NCBI GenBank assembly: GCA_963663035.1
Contig: OY760074.1
Location: 2,109,570 to 2,173,569 of the forward strand
DNA length: 64,000 bases
From: Acidobacteriota bacterium
Lineage (GTDB): Bacteria; Acidobacteriota; UBA6911; RPQK01; JADFOI01
Direction: 5' to 3'
Part shown: in pieces, positions 33,932 through 42,473 of the stretch
Numbering within the stretch: the stretch's first letter is position 1
Layout: every line of letters starts with the position of its first letter
Translations under genes and position numbers: made by a program
Notes under the pieces: generated by a model
Database searches by the model: none
What the model was told of the DNA's origin: nothing
Seen by the model: the letters and a program-made list of their open reading frames with translations, nothing else

Positions 33932-34693
33932 CTACTCCAGCACCACACATTTCTGAGTAGCCATGTAGGTGTAGATGGCAGCCGTGAGCAGGTAAAGGAA
34001 AGGGAACAACAAGACTTCCAAGCCCGTCATGCTCACAGCCAGGTCGATAACGATAGCGGGAGTCAGACTGTAGAGGGCAATGGTGAAGTACTGTTGGACA
34101 GGCAAACGAATTCCGGAACGCGCAGTCACCAACCATCCGATGGAACTCAACATAAGCGCCCAGAGCGTTTTGACGAAGATGTTATAGAGCAAAATCAAAG
34201 AGAAAGCGGTTGGGAAATAGGCCCACTTCACAAATGCGGTAAAGTCGACCACTCTTTGAAAAGGCCAATCCTGCCACAAAAAGGCCTCGGTCCGACCCTG
34301 ATAGCGAAAAGAAAGTTTCTCTTTAGTAAAGAGAAAGGCGGGTTCCTCGAGCTGTTGTGGATCCTCGTATGTGCCTGTGGTATCAAAGACAAAAGTAATC
34401 AATTGCTTTCCGGGGTATTTCTTCACCAGAGGCTGTTCGGTTTCAACTCTCAGCTGTCCGTCAATGACTTCCATTGGAGGGAAGTTTTCTTGAGCCCAGA
34501 GCGATATTTCCAGAAATTCAGGGCCATAGTGCCAGGCAAGGATCAGGGTCAGCAAAACAGCGAAATGTGTGGCCAGGTAGAGAAGATAAAGAAGTGTCTG
34601 GCGCAGCGGCTGTTCAAAGACGGTCCGATAGAAGGAAAAATCGGTGACCGCTGAATAAACCTGGTGGTAGAAGCGTAACAGGAGAGGTAGCAC
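33932..34693 (-). CDS. polytopic membrane protein (DUF1189-like, tentative)
   Basis: 253 aa with several hydrophobic segments. GTG start embedded in the hairpin at 34693-34727. Confidence 0.6.
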   Translation of the reverse strand: MLPLLLRFYHQVYSAVTDFSFYRTVFEQPLRQTLLYLLYLATHFAVLLTLILAWHYGPEFLEISLWAQENFPPMEVIDGQLRVETEQPLVKKYPGKQLITFVFDTTGTYEDPQQLEEPAFLFTKEKLSFRYQGRTEAFLWQDWPFQRVVDFTAFVKWAYFPTAFSLILLYNIFVKTLWALMLSSIGWLVTARSGIRLPVQQYFTIALYSLTPAIVIDLAVSMTGLEVLLFPFLYLLTAAIYTYMATQKCVVLE

Positions 34694-34727
34694 TTAGGGC
34701 CTCATATTTGTGAAACGAGGCCCTAAG
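34693..34727 (-). promoter_or_regulatory. 11-bp perfect-stem hairpin spanning an intercistronic gap
   Basis: CTTAGGGCCTC, a 13-nt loop, then GAGGCCCTAAG. It covers the TAG stop of the upstream gene (34723-34725) and the first base of the downstream GTG (34693). Confidence 0.5.
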
Positions 34728-35430
34728 ACCCGGCGTAATAAAGAAACCGGTTACAGTTTTCACAGGTCATGATCTTCTGGTTAGTCTTCACTTCGCTGAA
34801 ATGCTGGGGGCGCAACTTCACATGACACGCTTGGCAGGACTGATCCTTCGCTTCGGCCAATGCCACACCATTCCGAACAGACGCGATTCTTTGAAATTGT
34901 TGGTTGAGCCCCTCAGGAATCTCTCCTTCCAGCTGCCTTCTGTGCTTCAGCAACTCCGAAATCTCACTTTCCGCCTGATTGGCAGAGCGCTCTAGTTTGC
35001 TTCGCTTTTCCGAGACTTCCTTTTCTTCCCTCTGGTATACCTCTTGCGCCTGTCGAGCCAGTTCCTCTCGTTCCTCTATCGCCATCATTCCTTCAAGCAT
35101 CCGGTCCTCTTTTCCCTCGATTTCCTTTCCCGTGCCTTCTATCTCGTGGAGCATAGCCTGATACTCTTTATTGGTCTTTACCTCCATCAACTGTGTCCTG
35201 AACTTGGACAGCCTGTCCCGCAGGCTTTCAACCTCTAGATCCAGTTGGCGCTGCCGTTTCTGCTCTTCCTCTATGAACTGGAGTTTCTCTTCGAGAGCCT
35301 GCCGGCTCTCTTCAAGAGTCCCAGTAAGCCTTTCAACCTCCTCTGGAATCTCCTTGGTGCGATCCTCCAGTCCGACGATCTTGAGATTCAGCTCTTGAAA
35401 ACGAATTAACCGCCCTAATTCCGAGTTCAC
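34723..35430 (-). CDS. coiled-coil protein with C-terminal C4 zinc ribbon (COG1579 / zf-RING_7 type)
   Basis: Long heptad region, then CQACHVKL ... CENCNRFLY. Confidence 0.75.
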   Translation of the reverse strand: MNSELGRLIRFQELNLKIVGLEDRTKEIPEEVERLTGTLEESRQALEEKLQFIEEEQKRQRQLDLEVESLRDRLSKFRTQLMEVKTNKEYQAMLHEIEGTGKEIEGKEDRMLEGMMAIEEREELARQAQEVYQREEKEVSEKRSKLERSANQAESEISELLKHRRQLEGEIPEGLNQQFQRIASVRNGVALAEAKDQSCQACHVKLRPQHFSEVKTNQKIMTCENCNRFLYYAGS

Positions 35431-35455
35431 AATCGATAGCCTCTTGTGGAGCTCA

Positions 35456-35529
35456 TGGGCCCAGTAGGACTCGAACCTACGACCGTCTGATTATGAGTCA
35501 GATGCTCTAACCAACTGAGCTATGGGCCC
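35456..35529 (-). tRNA. tRNA with CAU anticodon (elongator Met, or Ile2 if lysidine-modified)
   Basis: Minus strand reads GGGCCCATAGCTCAGTTGGTTAGAGC ... anticodon loop CTCATAA ... GGTTCGAGTCC ... TGGGCCCA. The fold does not distinguish Met from Ile2. Confidence 0.85.
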
Positions 35530-35591
35530 ACGAAAAAAGCACAACACAAGCTCTTCACACAGAGCACAAAAGAAGGAGACCCAAGTGTCAG

Positions 35592-35617
35592 AAAAAAAGG
35601 GGCGGTTTGACCGCCCC
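35592..35617 (-). terminator. rho-independent terminator after rpoD
   Basis: Minus-strand stem GGGGCGG/CCGCCCC with a 5-nt loop, followed by U7 (A-run at 35592-35598 on the plus strand). Confidence 0.8.
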
Positions 35618-35633
35618 TTGGTATATTTCACAA

Positions 35634-37346
35634 TCATTCCTTGCTTATGTTTTCAAGGAAGGTCTTGAGCCTCCGGGTGCGTGATGGGTGGCGCAACTTA
35701 CGAAGCGCCTTCGCTTCAATCTGGCGAATACGCTCTCGCGTGACAGAAAACCTTTGCCCGACCTCCTCCAATGTATGTTCGCTACCATCGCCAATGCCAA
35801 ACCGCATACGAATGACTTGCTCTTCTCGATCTGTCAATGTCTGCAACACCGCCGCTGTTTGATCCTTGAGATTGATATTGATCACGGCTTCGGCAGGGGA
35901 AACAACGCCTTGGTCTTCGATGAAGTCACCCAAGTGACTGTCTTCTTCTTCTCCGATAGGAGTTTCCAACGAAATCGGCTCCTGGGCTATCTTGAGAATC
36001 TTACGCACCTTGCCCACGGAAATGTCCATGTTCCGAGCAATTTCCTCGGAAGTGGGCTCACGGCCAAGGTCCTGAACCAAAGCCCGCGAGGTCCGGATCA
36101 ACTTGTTGATGGTCTCAATCATATGCACAGGAATACGGATGGTCCGAGCTTGATCGGCGATGGCTCGTGTGATGGCCTGGCGAATCCACCAGGTCGCATA
36201 GGTGGAAAACTTGTAACCCCTCTGATACTCAAACTTATCGACGGCTTTCATCAAGCCGATATTCCCCTCTTGGATCAGATCGAGAAACTGTAATCCGCGA
36301 TTGGTGTACTTTTTGGCAATGGAAACCACAAGCCGCAGGTTGGCCTCGACCAACTCTTTCTTGGCGATCTCCGCTTCCAACTCTCCTTGCTTAATCGCCG
36401 CCAAAGTTCGCTTGAGCCCAGCAGGTGATGCCAACACTTCCTCTTCGAATTCCGTCATCTCCTTATCAATCGCCCTCAGGCGCAACTTCACCTTCTTGGC
36501 CTCATCCAGTTTTAGCGGAGATTCCTGCAGTTTCTTGAGCTTCCTTGATTCCCTCTCCAGTGTGACGATGCGATCAACCGCGCGCCTAATGACCTTGACA
36601 AGTACCTGATGGACCTTGGAAATCAGATCCAGGTCGCGGACAATGCGGGCCATGGGGATACGATAACGAGCTAATTGGGAAAGCAGTCTTTTATATTTCT
36701 TACTGTCCTTCTTAGACTTTTTCAGTTGCCTGCGTACCTTTACAGCTTCCTCTTCCAATACAGCGATCTCACCAATACGCTTCAGGACTACTTTGCGCCG
36801 CTTCCCAATAATTTCATCGGTCAGCTCATCCTCACTCAATTGCACCAGGCTCTTGATACTCAATGCATTTTCTTTCACCCTCTCGCCATATTTTGAGATC
36901 TCCCCCACTACAACCGGCGAACGGGACAACGCCTTAATCACGCTTTTCTGGCCTCTTTCAATTCTCTTGGCAATCTCGACTTCTCCCTGTCGAGTCAAAA
37001 GCGGCACTGTCCCCATTTCTCTCAGATACATCCGGACAGGGTCATTGGTCTTCTCCAACCGCTCAGCGATAGACTCTGGTTCCTGATCCTCATCTCCCTC
37101 AGCAGATTTGGACCGGATCTTTCGCTTGACAGCCTCCAGTTGTTGTTCAGAATCAACGACTTCAATGCCCGCATCGCCAAAAAGGTAGAAAATACTGTCT
37201 AGGTCTTTTGAAGAATTGATGTTATCTGGCAGAACGTCGTTAACCTCATCGTACAGAAGGTAGCCTTTCTCCTTCCCGAGGATAACTAGTTCTCTGACTC
37301 CATCATATTTTTCTTCGATACCTTCGAATTTGTCCTCTATCGACAA
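35634..37346 (-). CDS. rpoD: RNA polymerase primary sigma factor
   Basis: 570 aa. Region 1.2 [11 protein letters not shown], region 2 [30 protein letters not shown], region 4 [29 protein letters not shown]. Confidence 0.95.
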   Translation of the reverse strand: MSIEDKFEGIEEKYDGVRELVILGKEKGYLLYDEVNDVLPDNINSSKDLDSIFYLFGDAGIEVVDSEQQLEAVKRKIRSKSAEGDEDQEPESIAERLEKTNDPVRMYLREMGTVPLLTRQGEVEIAKRIERGQKSVIKALSRSPVVVGEISKYGERVKENALSIKSLVQLSEDELTDEIIGKRRKVVLKRIGEIAVLEEEAVKVRRQLKKSKKDSKKYKRLLSQLARYRIPMARIVRDLDLISKVHQVLVKVIRRAVDRIVTLERESRKLKKLQESPLKLDEAKKVKLRLRAIDKEMTEFEEEVLASPAGLKRTLAAIKQGELEAEIAKKELVEANLRLVVSIAKKYTNRGLQFLDLIQEGNIGLMKAVDKFEYQRGYKFSTYATWWIRQAITRAIADQARTIRIPVHMIETINKLIRTSRALVQDLGREPTSEEIARNMDISVGKVRKILKIAQEPISLETPIGEEEDSHLGDFIEDQGVVSPAEAVININLKDQTAAVLQTLTDREEQVIRMRFGIGDGSEHTLEEVGQRFSVTRERIRQIEAKALRKLRHPSRTRRLKTFLENISKE

Positions 37347-37467
37347 GCCGAATTAACCTCCAAGCTGTTCGTGGATAAAACGATTTAGTCTAAAGATTTT
37401 TATTATACTAAATCAAGGTAGTGAGAGAAGCGAATGATGACCCTGCTTCTCGACGGAAGGACCCTAG

Positions 37468-37650
37468 ACGGGACTATCCAGTAGGTTCTCTACTGCAGCA
37501 GCGAAACCATCCAAACTGACTGCGTTGCGCGACCCGCATGGGAGCGCGGGTGCCCCTCGGCCTCCTCAACGTACCCTACAGCACGTTTGCGGGGGTCGAC
37601 CCGCAAGCGGGTACCCCGCTTCGTAACGAGAACCTACTGCATAATCCCGT
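37468..37650. mobile_element. MITE family A, copy 4 (183 bp, inverted, variant ends) with perfect CTAG target duplication
   Basis: Ends ACGGGACTATCCAGTAGGTTCTC / GAGAACCTACTGCATAATCCCGT. CTAG at 37464-37467 and 37651-37654. The core GACCCGCAAGCGGGTACCCC is present. Confidence 0.8.
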
Positions 37651-37730
37651 CTAGCACAGCTTTGACAGGGCGTCTCGCTTGCCAGTATAATCGCAGTTTT
37701 TTGAAGCCCCATAGGATGATTCTCTGAAGG

Positions 37731-38366
37731 ATGAGCAACTTTTCGTACGCCATTATCGAAAGCGGTGGCAAGCAGTATCGAGTGAGCGAGGGTGATCTCA
37801 TTGATGTGGAGTGCCAAAGTGGAGAGGTGGGACAATTACTGAGGTTCAACGAGGTGCTCTTGGTCGGCAACCAGGAAACCATTCATCTGGGGACACCGCT
37901 CCTTTCGGGAGCTCGTGTGGTTGGCACGATCGCTGAGCAAGGGAAAAAAGACAAAGTTATTGTCTTCAAGTTCAAGCGGCGCAAGAAGTATAGAAAGAAG
38001 CAGGGTCATCGACAGCGGTTCACCAAGGTCCGCATTGATCAAATAGAGCTAACTGCTAAAAAAGTGCGAGGACCTGAGACTGAAAAGGTCAAAGAGACGG
38101 CAAGCAAGGCGGTAGCGAAACCAGAAGCAGTGAAAGAAGCAGCCGCTACAAAAGCACCTTCCAAGACAGTTAAGAAGAAAGTCAGCAAGGCACCGAAGAA
38201 GCAGGCTGCAAAAGCGCCCAAGAAGACAGCAACGAGAGCTGCTCCCGAAAAAGGAGCCAGCACAGCTCAGAAGTCAAAAGCCAAGGTGGTGAAGAAGAAA
38301 GCCACTAAAGGTGTGAAAAAGACCACCAAAAAGAGCACCAAGAAGACGGTTCAAAAGAAGGATTAG
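37731..38366 (+). CDS. rplU: 50S ribosomal protein L21 with a Lys/Ala-rich C-terminal extension of about 105 aa
   Basis: The N-terminal ~105 aa is canonical L21 (YAIIESGGKQYRVSEGD ... KKQGHRQRFTKVRI). The rest is a KKxxKK/AKAPKK-type low-complexity tail in the same ORF. Confidence 0.9.
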   Translation: MSNFSYAIIESGGKQYRVSEGDLIDVECQSGEVGQLLRFNEVLLVGNQETIHLGTPLLSGARVVGTIAEQGKKDKVIVFKFKRRKKYRKKQGHRQRFTKVRIDQIELTAKKVRGPETEKVKETASKAVAKPEAVKEAAATKAPSKTVKKKVSKAPKKQAAKAPKKTATRAAPEKGASTAQKSKAKVVKKKATKGVKKTTKKSTKKTVQKKD

Positions 38367-38378
38367 GAAACAAACACC

Positions 38379-38636
38379 ATGGCACACAAGAAGGGGCTCG
38401 GGAGTTCCAGGAATGGTCGAGACAGCCAGTCCAAGCGACTGGGGGTCAAGAGATTCGATGGTCAGGTTGTCACCGGTGGATCGATTTTGGTCAGACAACG
38501 CGGAACCCCAATCAAGCCTGGCTCAAACGTCGGTCGCGGAAGCGATGATACCCTCTTCGCAAAGATCGACGGGACCGTCAAGTTTCAGAATCGGGGCCAC
38601 AAAGGCCACTTCGTCCACATATTAGCTGCCACTTAA
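38379..38636 (+). CDS. rpmA: 50S ribosomal protein L27
   Basis: [24 protein letters not shown] ... [10 protein letters not shown]. Confidence 0.95.
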   Translation: MAHKKGLGSSRNGRDSQSKRLGVKRFDGQVVTGGSILVRQRGTPIKPGSNVGRGSDDTLFAKIDGTVKFQNRGHKGHFVHILAAT

Positions 38637-38706
38637 CGGACAGACGAAGAGTCGGGGAAAATGCATCCTTTTCCTTTTGCTTCGGTTGCTCGTTTACTCG
38701 CCTTTT

Positions 38707-39708
38707 ATGTTCGTTGATCATGCCAAAATTCAGGTTAAAGCGGGTGATGGCGGAAATGGTTGCCTAGCCTTTCGGAGGGAGAAATTCGTCCCGCGGGGGG
38801 GAGCCAGTGGCGGGGATGGTGGCAACGGTGGAAACCTTTACTGTCGCGGCTCCGCTCATCTCAGTACGCTCCTTCCCTTCAAATATCGACAACATTTCAA
38901 GGCGGGCAGAGGCGGGCATGGATCGGGGAAAAACCGCCATGGGAAGGATGGAGAAGACCTTGTGATTGATGTCCCTGTCGGAACCCAGGTCTACGACGAA
39001 GAGAGCGGCCAGCTTCTCTTTGATGTGGATCAAGAAAGCCAAGTGGAGATGGCGGCAAAGGGAGGCCGGGGGGGACGAGGAAATGCCGCTTTTATGACTG
39101 CAACCAACCAAGCTCCACGGAAGTTCGAATTGGGACAGTCCGGAGAGGAAGCCACTCTGATCCTGGAGCTGAAGGTTTTGGCCGACGTCGGAATAGTCGG
39201 CTATCCCAATGCCGGCAAGTCCACGCTTATTTCGGTGATCTCTGCAGCTAAACCGAAAATTGCCGACTATCCTTTTACTACACTGACCCCCAACCTCGGG
39301 GTGGTCTCCTATGGGGACTATTCGAGTTTCGTTGTGGCGGATATCCCGGGACTGATGGAAGGCGCACACCACGGCAGTGGTTTGGGCTATCAATTCTTGC
39401 GCCACGTTGAGCGAACCCGGGTGCTGGTTCACCTTGTGGATGTCAGCGACGGCGGCGAAGAGGACCCCGTCCATTCAGTCAAAACCATCACCAGGGAAAT
39501 GGAGCTCTACAACCCCAGTTTGAGGGAAAAATCAGAGATTATTACGGCATCCAAGCTAGATGTGGCTAATCCCGAGAAGATAGAGCGCTTACGGTTGTAC
39601 TGTCAGAGGAAAGACCTCCCTTTCCAGAAGATCTCTGCAGTCAGTGGAGAAGGGGTTCCAGAATTGAAGAATGCACTGGTAAAACACTTGGAGGCAAGCA
39701 AGGAGTGA
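38707..39708 (+). CDS. obg: GTPase Obg/CgtA
   Basis: MFVDHAKIQVKAGDGGNGCLAFRREKF Obg fold with glycine-rich repeats. G1 motif GYPNAGKST; G3 motif DIPGL. Confidence 0.95.
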   Translation: MFVDHAKIQVKAGDGGNGCLAFRREKFVPRGGASGGDGGNGGNLYCRGSAHLSTLLPFKYRQHFKAGRGGHGSGKNRHGKDGEDLVIDVPVGTQVYDEESGQLLFDVDQESQVEMAAKGGRGGRGNAAFMTATNQAPRKFELGQSGEEATLILELKVLADVGIVGYPNAGKSTLISVISAAKPKIADYPFTTLTPNLGVVSYGDYSSFVVADIPGLMEGAHHGSGLGYQFLRHVERTRVLVHLVDVSDGGEEDPVHSVKTITREMELYNPSLREKSEIITASKLDVANPEKIERLRLYCQRKDLPFQKISAVSGEGVPELKNALVKHLEASKE

Positions 39709-40376
39709 AGATCGGCATCCTGGGCGGAACCTTTGATCCAGTGCACCGTGGGCACACCTACCTGGCACGCGCTGTCTTAAAGGTTTTTAGTCTGGATAGC
39801 GTACTGTTGATGGTCTCTTACCTTTCTCACCATAAAGAAAAGCAGAAAATCACCAGCCCTTTTCACCGCTATGCCATGGTAGTGCTGAATCTGTTTAAGG
39901 AGAAGAACTTGTACGCTTCCCTGTGGGAACTGGATCGGAAAAAGCGATCTTACACCATCGAAACACTGCAACACTTCGCATCTCAATATTCCCAGCACCA
40001 ATTCTGTTTCATAGCCGGGAGTGATTCCCTTAAAGAGCTTCATTTGTGGAAAGATTATGCTACACTGTTGGGAGAACATTGCTTTATATTCGTTCAGCGT
40101 CCGGGAGCCACAGCCGATCTCGACGAAGTGGAGCTTCCTGCTTCCTCCAGACAGAAGATTCAAGTAGTTTGCGAGCAAGACAAGCCGCTCATCCGGCCTG
40201 GTCAATCCTTTCTCATTACTCTCGACGCTCCCGCAATCAGCGGCAGTTCGCTTCGAAAATGCATTGCCTCCGGAGAACAGCCTTCATCGGACATCCTTTC
40301 TCCTCCTGTGCTTCAGTACATAAAAAAGCATCGACTCTATGAAAAAAACCAAGACCGTCTTACGGAAGGTTTGTGA
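39705..40376 (+). CDS. nadD: nicotinate-nucleotide adenylyltransferase
   Basis: IGILGGTFDPVHRGH (the (T/H)xGH motif). GTG start overlaps the obg stop. Confidence 0.85.
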   Translation: MKIGILGGTFDPVHRGHTYLARAVLKVFSLDSVLLMVSYLSHHKEKQKITSPFHRYAMVVLNLFKEKNLYASLWELDRKKRSYTIETLQHFASQYSQHQFCFIAGSDSLKELHLWKDYATLLGEHCFIFVQRPGATADLDEVELPASSRQKIQVVCEQDKPLIRPGQSFLITLDAPAISGSSLRKCIASGEQPSSDILSPPVLQYIKKHRLYEKNQDRLTEGL

Positions 40377-40698
40377 GGCCATTGAGAGTAAAAAGGGAGA
40401 CGAAGTAACCATTTTGGATATCTCTCAAATTTCCAGCTTTACCGACTTCTTTGTGATTTGTCACGGACATAACGAAAAGCAGAATCAGGCAATCTGTGAC
40501 GAGATCATGGAAAGGTTAAAGAAGAAAAAGCATGGGTTCCCTGTCCACGTGGAAGGTTACCAACACGCCGAGTGGATCTTGATGGACTATCTGGACTTTG
40601 TGGTCCACATTCTTTCCCCTCGAAGTCGGCAAACTTATCAGCTTGAAAAGCTTTGGGGTGACGGAATCGAAGTCGAACCCAAGGCCCTGAGCGCCTGA
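40339..40698 (+). CDS. rsfS: ribosome silencing factor RsfS (iojap family)
   Basis: FTDFFVICHGHNEKQNQAI ... GYQHAEWILMDYLDFVVHI ... YQLEKLW. Confidence 0.9.
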   Translation: MKKTKTVLRKVCEAIESKKGDEVTILDISQISSFTDFFVICHGHNEKQNQAICDEIMERLKKKKHGFPVHVEGYQHAEWILMDYLDFVVHILSPRSRQTYQLEKLWGDGIEVEPKALSA

Positions 40699-40736
40699 CT
40701 CCTGCCTCCTATCTCCTACCTCCTGCCTCCTTCTTT
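40695..40736 (+). repeat. CT-rich heptamer array (CTGACTC CTGCCTC CTATCTC CTACCTC CTGCCTC CTTCTTT) starting at the rsfS stop
   Basis: 7-nt periodicity read directly. It is followed by a 15-nt direct repeat TGCCTCCTTCTTTT(G/C). Confidence 0.8.
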
Positions 40737-40806
40737 TGCTGCCTCCTTCTTTTCCTTGCTGTTCAGTTAAAAATTCTGTATAACGATAGATCTTTTTCCT
40801 GTGAGA

Positions 40807-41271
40807 ATGCGATTTTTGTGGGTAGGTAAGACTAAGAATCCGTCGCTCTTAAAAGTGGAGGAAAAGTATCTGAAGCGGATTGAACAGTACTTCCCAGCCG
40901 AGAGGAAAACGGTCCCAAAATTAAAGAAGAATGACTCCCATCAGCAGCTCGCTCAATTAGAGCGGGAAGCAAAGCAGATTGAGAGGAACCTCCCAGCAAA
41001 AACGTATCTGGTGGTCTTAGATCATTTGGGAACAGAGTTTACAAGTCCACGACTGGCCTCCTTTCTGGCAGAGCTCATGAACCGAGGAGTCTCGAAGGTA
41101 ACATTCGTGGTGGGGAGCGACCTGGGCGTTCCTGAGAGAATTAGGGAATTGGCAGATCTAAAGTGGGCCTTGACGAAATTGACACTTCCTCACGAACTCG
41201 CTCGAATCCTGTTGCTCGAGCAGATTTACCGGGCAGTGACCATTATTAAAGGCCTGCCTTACCATAAATGA
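40807..41271 (+). CDS. rlmH: 23S rRNA (pseudouridine1915-N3)-methyltransferase
   Basis: SPOUT fold of about 155 aa. MRFLWVGK start, VTFVVGSDLG, and LPHELARILLLEQIYRA. Confidence 0.85.
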   Translation: MRFLWVGKTKNPSLLKVEEKYLKRIEQYFPAERKTVPKLKKNDSHQQLAQLEREAKQIERNLPAKTYLVVLDHLGTEFTSPRLASFLAELMNRGVSKVTFVVGSDLGVPERIRELADLKWALTKLTLPHELARILLLEQIYRAVTIIKGLPYHK

Positions 41272-41283
41272 CGGGGGTTTTTG

Positions 41284-41637
41284 ATGCGAGCCAAGGAAAA
41301 AAAGCACTTCAAGCAAAAGCTCATTCAAAAAAGAGCAGACCTTATTAGCCTGGTTCAGAAGACAGAAGAGTACGGCCGTGAAGCCGACAGTGAGGCTGAA
41401 GGAATGGATCTCGCCGACAAGGCTTCCAGCTCATACACCAAAGAGTTCATGTTTAGCAAAAGCGACAGTGACCGGCAACTCCTTCAGGAGGTGGTCGATG
41501 CCTTGACCAGGCTCGAAGAGGGACAGTTCGGTGAATGCATAAGTTGCGGCGAAGCAGTGGAACCAAAACGGCTGGAAGCCGTCCCCTGGTCACCTCTATG
41601 CCTAGCCTGCCAAGAACAGGCTGAAAGAGAGGGCTGA
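41284..41637 (+). CDS. DksA/TraR family C4 zinc-finger protein
   Basis: Coiled-coil N-terminus, then CISCGEAV ... CLACQ. Confidence 0.8.
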   Translation: MRAKEKKHFKQKLIQKRADLISLVQKTEEYGREADSEAEGMDLADKASSSYTKEFMFSKSDSDRQLLQEVVDALTRLEEGQFGECISCGEAVEPKRLEAVPWSPLCLACQEQAEREG

Positions 41638-41696
41638 GAGGGCAAAAAGCCGGGAATAGGGTTCGTAGATTTCCTCGCTGAGCCGTTGTAGTTCAT

Positions 41697-42446
41697 GTGA
41701 GTTTCAGCCAAGTGCTCAGGCGCTGTTCTCAAGCGCTCTTCTTCCCTCAGGCCTGTGTCCTCTGCCAGGCGTGGGTATCCAACCCTGATTTGAGCCCATT
41801 GTGTCGACACTGTTTTCTTGCTCTGGAACCTCTGGAGCAGAGCATTTGCTACTATTGTGGCACTCCGCTGCCGGGGGATCTGCTCCAGATCCATGGAATC
41901 TGCTCACACTGCCGAAGCTGGGGGAGAGCCTTTGATTTCGCCCGTTCCTACGGATGCTACCGGGGAAAACTGGCATCAGTCATTCGGAAATTCAAATTTG
42001 GAGGTCATCAGAGACTGGGGCAGACGTTGGCGGAACTTCAAGCGGCCTGCTATGAAGACAGCGGTCTGGAGCTGGAACCGGATTGGATCGTCCCGGTGCC
42101 ACTGCACGCACGAAGGAAAAGAGAGAGAGGCTTCGATCAGACTCTGGTCCTGAGTCGTGGGTTGTCGCGAAGACTGGAAATTCCTGTCTTTAAAGGGCTC
42201 TCTCGAATCCAATACACGGCTCCCCAGTCAGGCCTGAATCTTCAAGAACGGCAAAGGAATATCCGTGATGCGTTCAGGCTTTCTCAGGCTGATCGGTTAT
42301 CCCACCGGATTATTCTTTTGGTCGATGACGTCATGACGACAGGTACCACAATCTCAGAAATCTGCCACCTGCTCACAAATGAATCGACAATCCACAAGAT
42401 CTTTGTCCTGACCATTGCCCGAGTACCACTCTACCTCCATCAGTAG
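41697..42446 (+). CDS. comF: ComF family protein (phosphoribosyltransferase domain with N-terminal Cys-rich ribbon)
   Basis: N-terminal CxxC pairs and the PRPP loop ILLVDDVMTTGTT. Confidence 0.8.
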   Translation: MSFSQVLRRCSQALFFPQACVLCQAWVSNPDLSPLCRHCFLALEPLEQSICYYCGTPLPGDLLQIHGICSHCRSWGRAFDFARSYGCYRGKLASVIRKFKFGGHQRLGQTLAELQAACYEDSGLELEPDWIVPVPLHARRKRERGFDQTLVLSRGLSRRLEIPVFKGLSRIQYTAPQSGLNLQERQRNIRDAFRLSQADRLSHRIILLVDDVMTTGTTISEICHLLTNESTIHKIFVLTIARVPLYLHQ

Positions 42447-42473
42447 AGATCTTTCTGTGCTATAAGGTTGAGC

